DNA of 64,000 bases from an uncultured Sulfitobacter sp. (GCA_947501805.1 CANMXJ010000009.1:8330-72329), one strand, 5' to 3'. Positions 19,245 to 32,013 are shown, counted from the stretch's first letter. A program made the numbers and translations. Notes: generated from the letters alone by a model not told the origin.

Positions 19245-19953
19245 ACGCATCAATATAGCGTGCACGGGCCTCTGGCAGAGGCTTGTCACCCAAATCCCGT
19301 GCCAAATGTGCGTTCAGAAAATACCCGGTCGTGACAAAGCCCTGTGCGATTTCATGGTCCGTCGCATCGCCGATACCCCGCAACACATCAGGCAGTGGCA
19401 GCATCCGGTCCGCCCAGTCACCAGCGCCTTTTGCCGATACCGCCTGCCCCGATTTTGGCGAAACATAAATCAACTCTTCCGTCGCCCCCGTCGCTGCGCA
19501 AGTGGTCAGATCAAGGCCAAAACCCATCTCTTCCAGCAGCGCCAACTCCCACTGGAGATACGCCAGAGGCCACAAATCGCTATGGTCCAACAAGTCAAGC
19601 AACGCCTCGGAGCGGGCATACAAGGCGGGATGGGGTTCGCGTTCCGGCAAACAAAATGACAGCAATGCAGTGACGGTGTTTAATCCCGCCAGCGCCAAAC
19701 GGTCGCCCATCGCTACGGCAGCGCGGCTGCGCACCGGCTCCACTGCGAAGCTACCGATATGGTCCTCAAGGCGCGCGCGCCACACAACGTCAAGCTGCGC
19801 GCCGGGTTGCAGGATTGGGGCAATCTTGCGGCTGGTGCCACCACGTACGATGCCTGCATGACGGCCCTGTTCGGGCGTGAAAACTTCGATGATCAAGGAG
19901 TTTTCCCCGTGGCGGCGCGAGCTGAGCAATATCCCCTGATCACGCCATTCCAT
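19228..19953 (-). CDS. recO: DNA repair protein RecO
   Basis: [19 protein letters not shown]; follows era. Confidence 0.95.
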   Translation of the reverse strand: MEWRDQGILLSSRRHGENSLIIEVFTPEQGRHAGIVRGGTSRKIAPILQPGAQLDVVWRARLEDHIGSFAVEPVRSRAAVAMGDRLALAGLNTVTALLSFCLPEREPHPALYARSEALLDLLDHSDLWPLAYLQWELALLEEMGFGLDLTTCAATGATEELIYVSPKSGQAVSAKGAGDWADRMLPLPDVLRGIGDATDHEIAQGFVTTGYFLNAHLARDLGDKPLPEARARYIDAFNRRI

Positions 19954-20282
19954 CAGGCAAGCCCGTCCTGATCCAGCAAGTGCCGCCCTTGGCGATCCTC
20001 CACCTCGATCACCCAAAGGTCAGGATCAAAACCGCGCTGCCGCGAAACTGTCTCATCCACTTCGCGTTCAGCGCCGCTAGCAAGTTCGATCCATTTTTTA
20101 TCACCTGTCATGATGTCAAAGGAGCGCTGGAACAAGACCGCTTGCCCGTCGAGCGTGGCCAATTTCACCAACACAGCCCCTCCTGTATCATCGCCATGCG
20201 CCACAACGAAGGCAGGGATGTCAAAGACGTTCAATCGCGCCAGATAGGCATCAACCCAGAACCGCGCTGTCAATCGTGCCAC
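19953..20282 (-). CDS. DUF1491 family protein
   Basis: [12 protein letters not shown] and [12 protein letters not shown]; typical era-recO linker gene; GTG start. Confidence 0.85.
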   Translation of the reverse strand: MARLTARFWVDAYLARLNVFDIPAFVVAHGDDTGGAVLVKLATLDGQAVLFQRSFDIMTGDKKWIELASGAEREVDETVSRQRGFDPDLWVIEVEDRQGRHLLDQDGLA

Positions 20283-20353
20283 GCCGCTACCCTTCACTTG
20301 GCCCTTAAACTCAATCCTACGCCTGCCTCAACTGCAAACGCCAGCGTTCAAAA

Positions 20354-21280
20354 TCAGCTGTTTCCGTCTTTGAAATCAAGGCCCATTTCAGTGTACCGCT
20401 CAGCTTCATCCAGCCAATTGGCACGCACTTTGACTTGCAAAAACAGATGGATACGGCGACCCAGAAATTCTTCCAGTTCCTCGCGCGAAGCCTTGCTGAC
20501 CGCTTTGATCGTCTCACCCTTGTTGCCCAGCACGATACCTTTGTGTCCGTCGCGGACCACAAAAATCAACTGATCCACGCGGGCGGAACCATCGGGACGT
20601 TCCTCCCAGTTTTCGGTTTCAACGGTCAATTGATACGGCAATTCCTGATGCAGTCTAAGCGTCAGTTTCTCACGGGTCATTTCCGCTGCAATCTGGCGCA
20701 TCGGCAGATCAGCAATCTGGTCTTCGGGATAGAGCCATGGACCGCTTGGCACTTCACCCGCCAGCCATTTGCGCAAGGCATCCACGCCATGTCCTTTTTC
20801 CGCCGAGATCATAAATGTCTCGGCAAAATCAAAGCGTTCGTTCAGTTTCCGGGACAAACCCAGCAAAACCGGAGCCTCAACACGGTCAATCTTGTTGATC
20901 GCCAACGCAACCTTGCGGCCTTTCCCGATCTCGGACAGCCCTTCCAGAATACGCTCGACCCCTTCGGTCATTCCACGTTGTGCCTCGACAAGCAGAACCA
21001 CGACATCCGCATCTGCCGCGCCTCCCCAAGCGGCGGCAACCATCGCACGGTCAAGACGGCGGCGGGGTTGGAACAGGCCTGGCGTATCCACAAATACGAT
21101 CTGGCTGTCGCCTTCCATCGCCACACCGCGAATGCGCGCGCGTGTGGTCTGCACTTTGTGCGTCACGATAGAGACTTTGGCCCCTACCATCCGGTTCAGC
21201 AATGTGGACTTACCGGCGTTGGGTTCACCAATCAGGGCGACAAATCCGGCCCTCGTTGCCGTAGGCTCGGGTGTCGTCAT
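20354..21280 (-). CDS. era: GTPase Era
   Basis: [18 protein letters not shown] domain ELPY. Confidence 0.97.
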   Translation of the reverse strand: MTTPEPTATRAGFVALIGEPNAGKSTLLNRMVGAKVSIVTHKVQTTRARIRGVAMEGDSQIVFVDTPGLFQPRRRLDRAMVAAAWGGAADADVVVLLVEAQRGMTEGVERILEGLSEIGKGRKVALAINKIDRVEAPVLLGLSRKLNERFDFAETFMISAEKGHGVDALRKWLAGEVPSGPWLYPEDQIADLPMRQIAAEMTREKLTLRLHQELPYQLTVETENWEERPDGSARVDQLIFVVRDGHKGIVLGNKGETIKAVSKASREELEEFLGRRIHLFLQVKVRANWLDEAERYTEMGLDFKDGNS

Positions 21281-21963
21281 GGGTCATTCTCCAATTTTGC
21301 CAAAAGCGTGGTTGCCGCGGCCTGTTCAGCAGCGCGTTTTGAGGGCGCGGTTGCTTGGGCGCTTTCGCCCGTTTCAAGTTTGGCCGCGATTGTAAACACC
21401 GGTGCATGATCAGGGCCGCTGCGGGCAGTTGTTACATATTGCGGTGGCTGTAATTTCCGGGCCTGCGCCCATTCCTGTAGCGCCGTTTTGGCATCGCGCG
21501 CGTCATCTTCAACGGTTTCGATCCGCTTGCCCCACAGTTGAAGGATCATGGATTTGGCCGCATCAAACCCGCCATCAAGATAGACCGCTGCAATAACAGC
21601 TTCAATTGCGTCGCCCAACAAGGCCTGCTTGCGTCGGCCGCCTGAAATCATCTCAGAACGCCCCAATTTCAGAACCGTGCCAAGATCAATTTCGCGCGCG
21701 ACGTCCGCGCAAGTTTCTTTGCGTACCAAGGCGTTAAAACGCGGAGCAAGCTGCCCTTCGCTTGCACCTCGATCACTTTCCAGCAAGGCTTGCGCCATCA
21801 CAAGGCCCAACACACGGTCACCAAGAAACTCAAGGCGCTGATTATCATCGCGGTTTGCCGAGGACATGGACGCGTGTGTGACGGCACGAACCAGGAGCGC
21901 AGGATCACGGAATGCGTGTCCGATGCGTTCCTGGAACGCTTTGAGATCTCCGCTCAGTTTCAT
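21277..21963 (-). CDS. rnc: Ribonuclease III
   Basis: [12 protein letters not shown] signature plus dsRBD. Confidence 0.97.
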   Translation of the reverse strand: MKLSGDLKAFQERIGHAFRDPALLVRAVTHASMSSANRDDNQRLEFLGDRVLGLVMAQALLESDRGASEGQLAPRFNALVRKETCADVAREIDLGTVLKLGRSEMISGGRRKQALLGDAIEAVIAAVYLDGGFDAAKSMILQLWGKRIETVEDDARDAKTALQEWAQARKLQPPQYVTTARSGPDHAPVFTIAAKLETGESAQATAPSKRAAEQAAATTLLAKLENDP

Positions 21964-22796
21964 TCAACCCCTTTGAAAAACCGGTCGCCACGCCAAGTCC
22001 AGAAGTACAGCATCGAGCTGCCCGCAGAGCTGAACATGATGCGATCGGCGCGACCAATCAGGTTTTCGTAAGGGACAAAACCAACACCACCAACCTGCTG
22101 CGCAAGGCGGCTGTCGGCGGAATTATCACGGTTGTCGCCCATGAAAAAGAAATGACCCTCCGGGACGCTATAGACACCCGTACGGTCGGATTGCTGGTTG
22201 CCAATATTCAGGATTGCATGTGAAACGCCGTTTGGAAGTGTTTCAATCTGGCGGGATTTAGTACATGTGCCGCCTTCGCCAACGGGGCCATTTTCGCAAC
22301 GTGGTCGCAGGCGTTGTGGTCCTTGTGCAGCCATCTCTTCTTCGAACACACCGGCGTCCTCGAGCTTGACTGCTTCACCATTGATCTGCACCACACCACC
22401 CGTGACCTGAACAGTGTCACCCGGCAAGCCGATCACGCGTTTGATGTAGTCACGGCCCGACACCGGATGACGAAACACCACAACGTCACCGCGTTCCGGT
22501 TCACTGCCCCACAAGCGGCTGTTGTCGCCGTCAAATGCACCACAGATGTCCGTAGCATCCACTTCGATCCCCAGATTGGGCAACATCAGGGACGGACAGG
22601 ACGCGTAGGAATAACCATACGCCATTTTGTTCACAAAGAGGAAATCGCCAATCAAAAGCGTCTCTTTCATCGACCCCGATGGAATCCAGAACGGCTGAAA
22701 AAACAGCGTGCGAAAGACACCTGCGATGACCAGTGCATAGACGACAGTCTTGATCGTTTCGACAATGGCATTGCCGGATTTTTCGGTGTCAGCCAT
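21960..22796 (-). CDS. lepB: Signal peptidase I
   Basis: [25 protein letters not shown]. Confidence 0.96.
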   Translation of the reverse strand: MADTEKSGNAIVETIKTVVYALVIAGVFRTLFFQPFWIPSGSMKETLLIGDFLFVNKMAYGYSYASCPSLMLPNLGIEVDATDICGAFDGDNSRLWGSEPERGDVVVFRHPVSGRDYIKRVIGLPGDTVQVTGGVVQINGEAVKLEDAGVFEEEMAAQGPQRLRPRCENGPVGEGGTCTKSRQIETLPNGVSHAILNIGNQQSDRTGVYSVPEGHFFFMGDNRDNSADSRLAQQVGGVGFVPYENLIGRADRIMFSSAGSSMLYFWTWRGDRFFKGVE

Positions 22797-22933
22797 GCGG
22801 CGTCCTTCTTGTGTCATTTGGGGTTACATGCGGGCGGGGCGCGGTACTGTCAAGATGGGCAGATCGGGATGTCGTAGGGAACGGGTTCTTTGCGGATGAA
22901 TACCGCCTAAATGCAAACGGAACGGGGTGAAAA

Positions 22934-23341
22934 CTAGGTTTGCGTCACGGGCCGCGCTTCGATCACGACAAAAGCCTGTGCCCAAGGATGATCGTCTGTC
23001 AGGGTGACGTGTATGATCGCTTCGTGTCCTGCAGGTGTCATTTTGGCAAGGCGTTCGGCGGCCCATCCCGTAACAGCCATCACCGGTTGTCCGGTGTCCA
23101 TATTGCTGACCATCATGTCGCGCCAGGAGATACCCATGCGCAGACCTGTTCCCAAAGCTTTGGAACAGGCTTCTTTTGCCGCCCAGCGCTTTGCATAGGT
23201 CCCGGCAACATCCTTGCGCCGCTCGGCTTTGCCCTGTTCCACTTCCGTAAATACCCGATTGCGGAAACGGTCACCAAAACGATCGAGCGTGCCTTGAATC
23301 CGCTCGATATTGGCGAGGTCGGTACCGATCCCAAGAATCAT
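22934..23341 (-). CDS. acpS: Holo-ACP synthase
   Basis: [21 protein letters not shown]. Confidence 0.96.
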   Translation of the reverse strand: MILGIGTDLANIERIQGTLDRFGDRFRNRVFTEVEQGKAERRKDVAGTYAKRWAAKEACSKALGTGLRMGISWRDMMVSNMDTGQPVMAVTGWAAERLAKMTPAGHEAIIHVTLTDDHPWAQAFVVIEARPVTQT

Positions 23342-24096
23342 AAGGTTGCCGCGCGCGCCTTATCCATCAACTGCCGCATTTTCAGGATCGCTGGTTCAAG
23401 ACCGAGGAAAATTGCCTCGCCAATCAGAAAATGCCCGATGTTCAATTCACGCACTTCTGGAAATGTCGCAACAGGTGCCACAGTATCATAGGTCAAACCA
23501 TGCCCCGCATGGACCTCAAGGCCCAGTGAGTGTGCAAATGTCGACATTTCGCGCAGCTTGGTCAACTCGACCTCTGCCTCCTCCAACCGCCCTTCGGCAT
23601 GGGCATCACAATAGGCCCCTGTGTGGAGTTCGATCACTTCCGCCCCGATACGGTTCGCCGCTTCGATCTGACGCGGGTCAGCAGCGATAAAAATCGACAC
23701 ACGGCTACCCGCTTCGCGCAGCGGCGCAATGAAGTGGGCCAATTTATTCTCTTCGCGCGCCACCTCAAGTCCGCCTTCGGTTGTACGTTCCTCGCGCTTT
23801 TCCGGAACGATGCAGACAGCATGGGGTTTATGACGCAAGGCAATCTTTTGCATCTCGTCAGTCGCCGCCATTTCAAAGTTAAGTGGCACGCGCAGCACCT
23901 CCATCAACCCTTCGATGTCCGCATCGGAAATGTGACGGCGATCCTCACGCAGATGTGCGGTAATACCATCGGCACCTGCCTCTTGTGCGATGCGGGCCGC
24001 ACGCAACGGATCAGGATAGGCACCACCACGAGCATTGCGCACGGTTGCCACATGGTCGATGTTTACGCCAAGACGCAGTTTTTCCGCATTAGACAT
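23338..24096 (-). CDS. pdxJ: Pyridoxine 5'-phosphate synthase
   Basis: [25 protein letters not shown]. Confidence 0.97.
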   Translation of the reverse strand: MSNAEKLRLGVNIDHVATVRNARGGAYPDPLRAARIAQEAGADGITAHLREDRRHISDADIEGLMEVLRVPLNFEMAATDEMQKIALRHKPHAVCIVPEKREERTTEGGLEVAREENKLAHFIAPLREAGSRVSIFIAADPRQIEAANRIGAEVIELHTGAYCDAHAEGRLEEAEVELTKLREMSTFAHSLGLEVHAGHGLTYDTVAPVATFPEVRELNIGHFLIGEAIFLGLEPAILKMRQLMDKARAATL

Positions 24097-24108
24097 GACA
24101 TGTCCCTC

Positions 24109-24774
24109 TCATTTCGCCTGATCCGCCATACGCTTGGATTCGGCTTTGGCAGCAGTCTTTTGTTTCAGCGATTCAAACTTGGCCTTGATCAGACCCCGGC
24201 GACGCTTTTGATAGGCATGTAGCAGTGGCACGGTCAAATAGTAGGCGATTGTCGCACAGATGATACCGGGGACAATGCCGCCAATCAGATAGGGATAAAA
24301 GACCTCACGCGAAAAGATCGCAAGGCCCGACCAATCCATTTGCGCATCTGTAAAGATCGAAATGAAATTGTGCCAAAGATCACTACCCGCATCGCCGAAC
24401 TTGCGACTGAGGGCGCGCAGCTCTCCTTCTTCCAAGTCGGTTCCCAGAATGAGGTGTCCCGTTTTCAACGAGGACAGTGCAATAAAGACAAAGGTCAGCG
24501 GATTGCCGACAAAAGTCGCCAATAAAGACGCCAGCATGTTGCCCCGCATCAACCGGGCCAACAGAACAGCGGCCACAAAATGAAAACCGAACAGCGGTGA
24601 GAAAGTGACAAAGACCCCAGCCCAGACCCCGCGCGCGATGCGTTCGGGACTGTCGGGCAGTCGCTTCATCCGGTGTTTGACATACATGAACGCGCGTGAC
24701 CAACCGCCGCGTGGCCACAAGAATTCGGCCATCGCACGCATAGTCGGTTTCGGATCGCGGCGTTTGAAGATCAA
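24109..24774 (-). CDS. DUF2062 membrane protein
   Basis: PERIARG..GVF..F.P..G.H and NPLT motifs; between spoT and pdxJ; TTG start. Confidence 0.82.
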   Translation of the reverse strand: MIFKRRDPKPTMRAMAEFLWPRGGWSRAFMYVKHRMKRLPDSPERIARGVWAGVFVTFSPLFGFHFVAAVLLARLMRGNMLASLLATFVGNPLTFVFIALSSLKTGHLILGTDLEEGELRALSRKFGDAGSDLWHNFISIFTDAQMDWSGLAIFSREVFYPYLIGGIVPGIICATIAYYLTVPLLHAYQKRRRGLIKAKFESLKQKTAAKAESKRMADQAK

Positions 24775-24831
24775 GTTTGCAGTCCTGCCTTTATTTTGCG
24801 TCTATGTTAACAACCATAATTATGTGTCACG

Positions 24832-26976
24832 TCATCTTGTCGGCTTTTGGGCATCGATTTTACGAAATCTTGTCACTTCAGCCACATCATCTTCGGCCTC
24901 AAGTGTCAGCATCAGGGAATGAAGATGTGCCACGTCGCGTAGATCAAGATAGATCAGCATCCGGTAAAAATCAGGTTTTCGTTCCAAAAACTCCAAATCA
25001 GAGATATTCGCCGACGCCTCGCCAATCAAGGTGCAGATACGGCCCAGCGCGCCCGCGCCGTTGCTGATGGTCAGGTCAATCACGGTACCATAAACCGCCT
25101 GATGATTGCCATCGTGCCAGCGCAAGTCAATCCAGCGTTCTGGCTGATCTTCGTATTCACTTAACTTTTCGCAATCAATTGCATGGACGGTCACACCCTG
25201 CCCTTTGAAGGTGATCCCGATGATACGCTCCCCCGGAAGCGGCGTACAGCAGGGAGCAAGGTTATGAAATTGACCCTGCTCAAGACCGACGACTGCACTT
25301 CTGGCGTCTATCGCTCCCCCTTCCTTGGGGGTGATGTCAGGATAGACAGACTCAACTACTTCACGGCCTGTGATCTCTGAGCTGCCAAGTCGTGCAAGAA
25401 GTTCATGCACATCCTCAAGCCGCATGTTTTTCGCTGCGGTGCGCAAAACCTTGTCGGTTGCCTCCTTGTCGACCTGAGCGAACGCCGAGCGCGCAAGCTC
25501 TTGGCCAAGCTTCACGAAACGGGCCCGATCCACCTCACGCAACGAACGGCGAATGGCGGATTTGGCTTTGCCAGTTGTTGCGATATCAAGCCATGTCACC
25601 TGCGGAGTCTGGCCTTCTGCGCGGATAATCTCGATAGACTGACCGTTTTTGACACGGGTCCAAAGTGGAACACGCATCCCGTCAATCTTGGCACCGACGC
25701 AGGCATTGCCGATGCGCGTATGGATCGCATAGGCGAAATCAATTGGCGTGGCACCACGCGGCAACTTCACCACATCGCCCTTTGGCGTGAAACAGAACAC
25801 TTGGTCGGCGTACATTTCGAGCTTCACCGCCTCCAGAAAATCCTCATGGTTTTCTTCAGCGTCGAATTGCTCGTTGAGCTGCGAAATCCATTTCACCGGA
25901 TCAACCGCAAACGGGTTCTTGGATCGTTTTCCCTCACGGTAAGACCAATGCGCTGCCACACCTGTCTCGGCTACGTCATGCATCTGGCGCGTTCTGATCT
26001 GCACCTCTACCCGTTTGCCATCACGACCCGAAACCGTGGTGTGGATAGAACGGTAGCCATTCGATTTGGGTTGACTGATGTAATCCTTGAACCGGCCCGG
26101 CACAGCACGCCACCGGCGATGGATCACACCAAGAATCCGGTAACAGTCTTCCTCGCTATTGTTCAGAATACGAAAGCCGTAGATATCGGACAAACGCGAA
26201 AAACTCAGCTCTTTTTCCTGCATCTTGCGCCATATGGAATAAGGCTTTTTGGCACGGCCATAAACTTCTGCATCGATCCCCGCCTTGTCCAGTTCAAGGC
26301 GCATATCACCGGTAATACGCTGGATCACATCGCCTGATTCACGTTGCAAGGTAATAAAGCGACGGATGATGCTGGCGCGCCCTTCAGGATTAAGCACCTT
26401 GAAGGCCAGATCCTCTAGTTCTTCGCGCATCCACTGCATACCCATGCGGCCCGCCAACGGCGCGTAGATATCCATGGTTTCACGCGCCTTCTGCGCCTGC
26501 TTGTCATCCCGCATCGCCCTGATTGTGCGCATATTGTGAAGGCGATCAGCAAGTTTGACCAAAATCACCCGCAGGTCTTTCGACATTGCCATGAACAGCT
26601 TGCGGAAATTCTCGGCCTGTTTCGTCTCGGTCGAGTTAAGTTGCAGATTGGTCAGCTTTGTTACGCCATCAACCAGTTCCGCAACTTCGGTGCTGAATAG
26701 ACGTTCGATGTCTTTGTAGGACGCACGGGTATCTTCGACCGTATCATGCAACAGCGCGGTGATAAGCGTGTCGTCATCCAATTGCTGCTCCGTCAGGATC
26801 GCGGCAACTGCAACCGGATGGTTGAAATACGCCTCGCCTGAATGGCGCAATTGGCCCGCATGCATGTCGCGGCCAAAATCATAGGCCGCGCGCAGCAGTT
26901 TTTCGTTGGTCTTGGGGTTGTAAGCCTTAACAAGGGAAATCAGGTCATCAGCAGTGATTTCAGTCGTGTCCATCAA
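24832..26976 (-). CDS. spoT: Bifunctional (p)ppGpp synthetase/hydrolase (RSH)
   Basis: HD domain LLHDTVED, KLADRLHNMRT, YISQPKSNGY, TGS, ACT. Confidence 0.96.
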   Translation of the reverse strand: MMDTTEITADDLISLVKAYNPKTNEKLLRAAYDFGRDMHAGQLRHSGEAYFNHPVAVAAILTEQQLDDDTLITALLHDTVEDTRASYKDIERLFSTEVAELVDGVTKLTNLQLNSTETKQAENFRKLFMAMSKDLRVILVKLADRLHNMRTIRAMRDDKQAQKARETMDIYAPLAGRMGMQWMREELEDLAFKVLNPEGRASIIRRFITLQRESGDVIQRITGDMRLELDKAGIDAEVYGRAKKPYSIWRKMQEKELSFSRLSDIYGFRILNNSEEDCYRILGVIHRRWRAVPGRFKDYISQPKSNGYRSIHTTVSGRDGKRVEVQIRTRQMHDVAETGVAAHWSYREGKRSKNPFAVDPVKWISQLNEQFDAEENHEDFLEAVKLEMYADQVFCFTPKGDVVKLPRGATPIDFAYAIHTRIGNACVGAKIDGMRVPLWTRVKNGQSIEIIRAEGQTPQVTWLDIATTGKAKSAIRRSLREVDRARFVKLGQELARSAFAQVDKEATDKVLRTAAKNMRLEDVHELLARLGSSEITGREVVESVYPDITPKEGGAIDARSAVVGLEQGQFHNLAPCCTPLPGERIIGITFKGQGVTVHAIDCEKLSEYEDQPERWIDLRWHDGNHQAVYGTVIDLTISNGAGALGRICTLIGEASANISDLEFLERKPDFYRMLIYLDLRDVAHLHSLMLTLEAEDDVAEVTRFRKIDAQKPTR

Positions 26977-27010
26977 ACTGCCTCTTGACCCCGCACATGG
27001 CGGGCGGGTG

Positions 27011-27364
27011 TTAGCCCTGCCCCTGCGCTGCCATTAACTGCCGCAGCAGCATTTCTTCTGACATGCTGTCTTCTTCGGGCTTGTCCTGCTCTGCACCCAT
27101 AAGAAGCGCCATTGCGTCCTCTTCGGGCTCATCCACTTCGATCTGGTTCTGGTTGGATTCGATCAGACGTTCGCGAAGATCTGCCGCACTCTGGGTTTCT
27201 TCCGCAATCTCGCGCAGGGAAACAACAGGGTTCTTGTCGTTGTCGCGGTCCACGGTCACAGCGGATCCCGCAGAGATTTCACGCGCACGGTGCGCTGCAA
27301 GCATGACAAGCTCAAAACGGTTGGGAACTTTGTCTACACAATCTTCAACGGTGACGCGGGCCAT
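27011..27364 (-). CDS. rpoZ: RNA polymerase omega subunit
   Basis: MARVTVEDC...NRFELV...[12 protein letters not shown]. Confidence 0.97.
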   Translation of the reverse strand: MARVTVEDCVDKVPNRFELVMLAAHRAREISAGSAVTVDRDNDKNPVVSLREIAEETQSAADLRERLIESNQNQIEVDEPEEDAMALLMGAEQDKPEEDSMSEEMLLRQLMAAQGQG

Positions 27365-27460
27365 GGAAGCCTCCAATATCTCAAAGGGCGATCAGAAGTG
27401 GGGTAATTAGGCCGGATTGGCCCAAGTTACAAGTCGTTATTGCAACCCGCTTGCCTCACG

Positions 27461-28072
27461 TCAGGCCAATATCCTGACCCCCTCCAGATCAGCCGGATCA
27501 AGAGCATCCCGCATTTCTATCACATTGAGTCCAAGCACCGGATGCACCCAATCAGGGGCCACATCAGCAAGTGGCACCAAGACAAAGGCACGGTCCTGAA
27601 GCCGGGGGTGCGGCAGGATCATTTGGTCAGGTGTGGTGCCAATTTGCGCATCCAGTGGCAAATTACGCCATTCTGCGTGGGTTTTCGCGTCTGGTAACAC
27701 ACAATCGCCAAATGCGATCAAATCAAGATCAAGGGTGCGTTGCCCCCAGCGTGCGACCCTTTCCCGGCCCATCTGCGCCTCGATTTCGTGGCACACCGCA
27801 AGCGCATGTTGCGGCGTCCAGTCCGCGCCAAAGCGTGCGGCCGCGTTCACATAGTCAGGTCCATTGCCTGCAGGAAAGGCAGGTGTGCTATAAAACGGGC
27901 TAACGGCGCGAATCACTGCGCCGTATTTCTCAAGGACATCCAGCGCCGCCCGGAGGGTTTTTTCTGGCGCTCCAACCGATGACGTTAAGTTAGCACCAAG
28001 CGCTAAAAGCCAATACCCGTCAGGATTGAGCGGGTCTTTGCCATATTCCCCGTGAACTTGGGCTTGCGGCAT
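27461..28072 (-). CDS. folK: 2-amino-4-hydroxy-6-hydroxymethyldihydropteridine pyrophosphokinase
   Basis: LALGANL, YVNAA, RTLDLDL, LPHPR...RAFVLVPL. Confidence 0.93.
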   Translation of the reverse strand: MPQAQVHGEYGKDPLNPDGYWLLALGANLTSSVGAPEKTLRAALDVLEKYGAVIRAVSPFYSTPAFPAGNGPDYVNAAARFGADWTPQHALAVCHEIEAQMGRERVARWGQRTLDLDLIAFGDCVLPDAKTHAEWRNLPLDAQIGTTPDQMILPHPRLQDRAFVLVPLADVAPDWVHPVLGLNVIEMRDALDPADLEGVRILA

Positions 28073-28229
28073 GGTCAGAATTCCTTACTTAGACATCCGA
28101 GCGAGATGTCTGGTGGGTTAAATTTTAATTCGCGCTTTTATTGATACAGCGCAATGCTAGATAGCAGCCGATCGGCAAGGTTTCAGGACGGTTTAGAGTT
28201 AGACGGCATATTAGTCGGAAGGAAAATAC

Positions 28230-28784
28230 ATGTTTTACAAAGATGAGCGGCTTGCGCTCTTCATCGATGGGTCAAACCTCTATGCCGCGGCTAAGACATT
28301 GGGCTTTGATATAGACTACAAATTGTTGCGCCATGAGTTCATGCGTCGCGGCAAGTTGTTGCGCGCGTTCTACTACACTGCTTTGTTGGAAAACGACGAA
28401 TACTCACCAATTCGACCACTGGTTGACTGGTTGAACTATAACGGCTTCACCATGGTCACAAAACCGGCCAAGGAATACACCGACAGCATGGGCCGCCGTA
28501 AGGTAAAGGGCAACATGGACATCGAACTGGCCGTTGATGCGATGGAATTGGCTCCGCACGTCGACCATATCGTGATTTTCTCGGGCGACGGTGATTTCCG
28601 CCCGCTGGTCGAAAGCCTGCAACGGCAGGGCGTTCGCGTGTCCTGTGTATCCACGATCCGCAGCCAACCGCCGATGATTTCAGACGATCTGCGTCGTCAG
28701 GTCGATAACTTCATTGAACTTGAAGACCTGCGTGACGTCATTGGCCGCCCACAGCGCCAAACAGAACAACAGCGCGACGAGTGA
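28230..28784 (+). CDS. NYN domain protein (LabA/DUF88)
   Basis: [23 protein letters not shown]. Confidence 0.92.
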   Translation: MFYKDERLALFIDGSNLYAAAKTLGFDIDYKLLRHEFMRRGKLLRAFYYTALLENDEYSPIRPLVDWLNYNGFTMVTKPAKEYTDSMGRRKVKGNMDIELAVDAMELAPHVDHIVIFSGDGDFRPLVESLQRQGVRVSCVSTIRSQPPMISDDLRRQVDNFIELEDLRDVIGRPQRQTEQQRDE

Positions 28785-28860
28785 GGCGCAAACGGCACCA
28801 TGCCGCACTGGACCTGTGAGACATGAGACATTAAGTCATGGGCATTCAATGGAGTGTGCC

Positions 28861-29811
28861 ATGACCAAGCCCCCCCTTACCCTCTACCTCGCTGCCCCGC
28901 GCGGGTTCTGCGCAGGTGTAGATCGTGCGATCAAGATCGTAGAGATGGCCTTGGAGAAATGGGGCGCACCCGTCTATGTCCGCCATGAAATTGTGCACAA
29001 CAAATTTGTCGTAGACGGATTGCGCGACAAGGGGGCAGTGTTTGTCGAGGAACTGGATGAATGTCCCGATGACCGTCCGGTAATTTTTTCGGCGCATGGC
29101 GTACCGAAATCTGTCCCTTCTGCCGCAGCAGCACGCCAGATGGTCTATGTCGATGCAACGTGTCCACTGGTCAGCAAGGTTCACATCGAAGCACAACGCC
29201 ACGCGGATGCGGGCCTCCAGATGATCATGATTGGCCATGAAGGGCATCCCGAAACAGTTGGCACAATGGGACAACTTCCAGAGGGCGAGGTTTTGTTGGT
29301 AGAAACACCCGAAGACGTGGCCGTGGTTGACGTACGCGACGAAGACAAGTTGGCCTACATCACCCAAACCACGTTAAGTGTCGACGATACGGCAGATATT
29401 GTCGCCGCCCTTCGCACCCGTTTTCCTTCCATCGTCGGACCACACAAAGAAGATATCTGTTACGCGACAACCAACCGACAAGAAGCCGTCAAGGCGATGG
29501 CCCCGAAATGCGACGCAATGCTGGTTGTCGGCGCGCCCAATTCCAGCAATTCCAGGCGACTGGTTGAAGTTGGTGCCCGTGCAGGATGCGCCTATTCACA
29601 ATTGGTACAACGCGCAGACGACATCGACTGGCGCAGCCTGAAAGGCATCAAGAGCATCGGCATCACGGCCGGAGCCTCCGCACCTGAAGTGCTGATAAAC
29701 GAGGTCATCGCCGCTTTTGCAGATCGCTATGAAATGACGCAGGAATTGGTTGAAACCGCACAGGAAAACGTGGAATTCAAAGTGCCACGGGTTCTACGCG
29801 AACCTGCCTGA
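28861..29811 (+). CDS. ispH: 4-hydroxy-3-methylbut-2-enyl diphosphate reductase
   Basis: [28 protein letters not shown]. Confidence 0.97.
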   Translation: MTKPPLTLYLAAPRGFCAGVDRAIKIVEMALEKWGAPVYVRHEIVHNKFVVDGLRDKGAVFVEELDECPDDRPVIFSAHGVPKSVPSAAAARQMVYVDATCPLVSKVHIEAQRHADAGLQMIMIGHEGHPETVGTMGQLPEGEVLLVETPEDVAVVDVRDEDKLAYITQTTLSVDDTADIVAALRTRFPSIVGPHKEDICYATTNRQEAVKAMAPKCDAMLVVGAPNSSNSRRLVEVGARAGCAYSQLVQRADDIDWRSLKGIKSIGITAGASAPEVLINEVIAAFADRYEMTQELVETAQENVEFKVPRVLREPA

Positions 29812-29904
29812 GACCGCGCCCCACGCCTCAATGAACTCACGACTTTACCCCGCGTCCTCTGCGGCTTACGGTTTGTCGAACGCAGCGCTGCCAAGAGGTA
29901 CCAT

Positions 29905-30519
29905 ATGATCTCGATCCAATTTCTTCTCACTGCTTTTGTGGTCGTGATCGCCCCCGGAACCGGCGTAAGTTATACGCTTGCATTGGGACTGGGTCAGGGG
30001 CGGCGTGCCGCATTGTGGGCGGCTTTGGGCTGCACCTTCGGAATTGTACCGCATCTGGCCGCGGCAACCCTAGGCCTCGCCGCCGTGCTACACACTTCTG
30101 CCGTATTGTTCACCATCGTAAAATGGGCGGGCGTTGCCTATCTGCTGTACCTCGCATGGCAAAGCCTGAAATCAGGGGGTGCCCTTGCGGTCACTGCCGA
30201 AAAGTCGGCCGAAAGTGGCTGGACCATTGCGCAGCGCGGTGGGCTGATCAACATTCTGAACCCCAAACTGTCAATTTTCTTTCTCGCCCTTTTGCCTCCG
30301 TTCCTAAGCGGCAATGCGGCCACCGCCACATTGGAGATGGGCTTGATGGGTGCGATCTTTATGGTTCTTACGTTTGCCGTTTTTGTCCTTTATGGCACTT
30401 TTGCCGCCGCCGCCCGCACATGGCTGCTGGGATCAGAAACCGTCATGCGATGGCTCAACCGCTCGTTTGCTGCAATCTTTGCCGCACTTGCAGGTCGGCT
30501 GGCTGTTGAAAGGGTATAG
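29905..30519 (+). CDS. LysE/RhtB family translocator
   Basis: APGTG, YLLYLAW, NILNPK. Confidence 0.9.
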   Translation: MISIQFLLTAFVVVIAPGTGVSYTLALGLGQGRRAALWAALGCTFGIVPHLAAATLGLAAVLHTSAVLFTIVKWAGVAYLLYLAWQSLKSGGALAVTAEKSAESGWTIAQRGGLINILNPKLSIFFLALLPPFLSGNAATATLEMGLMGAIFMVLTFAVFVLYGTFAAAARTWLLGSETVMRWLNRSFAAIFAALAGRLAVERV

Positions 30520-30522
30520 AAA

Positions 30523-30978
30523 ATGATTGGTCGCATTCCTCCCGCCGCTTTTTTGCTGGGCTTTGCCGGATTGATTCCGTTCCTCTGGGCCGCTTTGCTT
30601 GTGCTAAATCCCACGGCTACTCCGGGCTGGCCTATTCCCAAAGTTATGCTGGGTGACGGCAAATTGATCATGCTTCGATATGGCGGCGTGATCCTTCCGT
30701 TCATGTCGGGCATTTTGTGGGGCTTTGCCACAGGGGCGCGCGGCAAGATGTCTTATGCAGCCTACGCCCTGTCCGTGGTGCCAGCCCTCTGGTGGTTCTT
30801 CATGCCCGGCATCGGCGTCACCTCTGCATTAACCAACCTTGCCACAGGATTTCTCGGATTGTTATTGCTGGATTACGCTTTCTACCGCTGGGATCTGGCA
30901 CCAAGTTGGTGGATGACCTTGCGCCTCCAGCTGACCTTGGTTGTTGTGCTATGCCTTGGCATAGGAATTCTGGTATGA
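30523..30978 (+). CDS. DUF3429 membrane protein
   Basis: LGFAGLIPF, YGGVILPFMSGILWG, WWMTLR. Confidence 0.8.
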   Translation: MIGRIPPAAFLLGFAGLIPFLWAALLVLNPTATPGWPIPKVMLGDGKLIMLRYGGVILPFMSGILWGFATGARGKMSYAAYALSVVPALWWFFMPGIGVTSALTNLATGFLGLLLLDYAFYRWDLAPSWWMTLRLQLTLVVVLCLGIGILV

Positions 30979-31568
30979 GCGATCCTGAGACCCTCAAAAT
31001 CTATAGCGCCAAGGCAGATGACTATGTGGCGCTCACGTCAGGATCGGTCATTAAAGACCCAATGTTCGACGCCTTCCTCGCAGAATTGCCAAGTGCAGCT
31101 AGTATCCTTGATCTCGGCTGCGGTCCGGGTCATTTCTCCGCCGCAATGGCAGCAAGAGGGCATGCCGTAACAGCGCTAGACGCTGTGCCGGAAATGGTTG
31201 ATTTAGCGGCGGCCCATAGCGGTGTGACCGCACATGTCGCCACCTTTGACGAGATCACAGGCGAAAACTTGTATGACGGCGTCTGGGCCAACTTCAGTCT
31301 GCTGCACGCGGCGCGTGATATGATGCCAAAGCATCTTGCAGCATTACACAAGGCGCTCAAACCAAAAGGCGTTTTTCATATTGCACTCAAGTCGGGAACC
31401 GGATCAAAGCGCGACACGCTGGGACGCCTTTATACCTATTACACAGATACGGAGCTGACGGCGATGTTGGAGAAAACAGGTTTCACCGTTACCGACCGCG
31501 CGTCTGGCTGTGACATCGGAATGGACGGCGCAATGGCCGACTGGATCGCGTTGCGCGCCCGTGGCTGA
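30975..31568 (+). CDS. Class I SAM-dependent methyltransferase
   Basis: ILDLGCGPG motif [13 protein letters not shown]; ATGA overlap with upstream gene. Confidence 0.9.
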   Translation: MSDPETLKIYSAKADDYVALTSGSVIKDPMFDAFLAELPSAASILDLGCGPGHFSAAMAARGHAVTALDAVPEMVDLAAAHSGVTAHVATFDEITGENLYDGVWANFSLLHAARDMMPKHLAALHKALKPKGVFHIALKSGTGSKRDTLGRLYTYYTDTELTAMLEKTGFTVTDRASGCDIGMDGAMADWIALRARG

Positions 31569-32013
31569 ACTTTACGCCTATACAGATGGTGCCTGTTCCG
31601 GCAATCCCGGCCCCGGTGGCTGGGGTGTCTTGATGCAGGCCAAGGACGGCGACAAAGTGGTCAAAGAACGCGAGTTGAAAGGCGGCGAGGCGCAGACCAC
31701 CAACAACCGGATGGAATTGCTGGCCGCTATTAATGCGTTGGAAACACTCGAACGCGAAACCACCATCACGATCGTAACGGACAGCAACTACGTCAAGAAT
31801 GGCATCACTGGATGGATTCACGGCTGGAAGAAAAACGGCTGGAAAAATTCCGCCAAAAAACCCGTCAAAAACGTAGAGCTATGGCAACGACTGGATGCCG
31901 CCAACGCCCGTCATAACGTCAAATGGGAATGGGTCAAAGGCCACGCAGGCCACCCCGAAAACGAACGCGCCGACGAACTCGCACGCGCGGGAATGGCACC
32001 CTTCAAACCATGA
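31561..32013 (+). CDS. rnhA: Ribonuclease HI
   Basis: [33 protein letters not shown]; GTG start. Confidence 0.97.
   Translation: MAELYAYTDGACSGNPGPGGWGVLMQAKDGDKVVKERELKGGEAQTTNNRMELLAAINALETLERETTITIVTDSNYVKNGITGWIHGWKKNGWKNSAKKPVKNVELWQRLDAANARHNVKWEWVKGHAGHPENERADELARAGMAPFKP

Noticed and set aside
20435-21409. 324-aa plus-strand ORF opposite era (similarly 25405-26337 opposite spoT)
   Set aside because: Antisense to well-supported housekeeping genes, with non-protein-like composition
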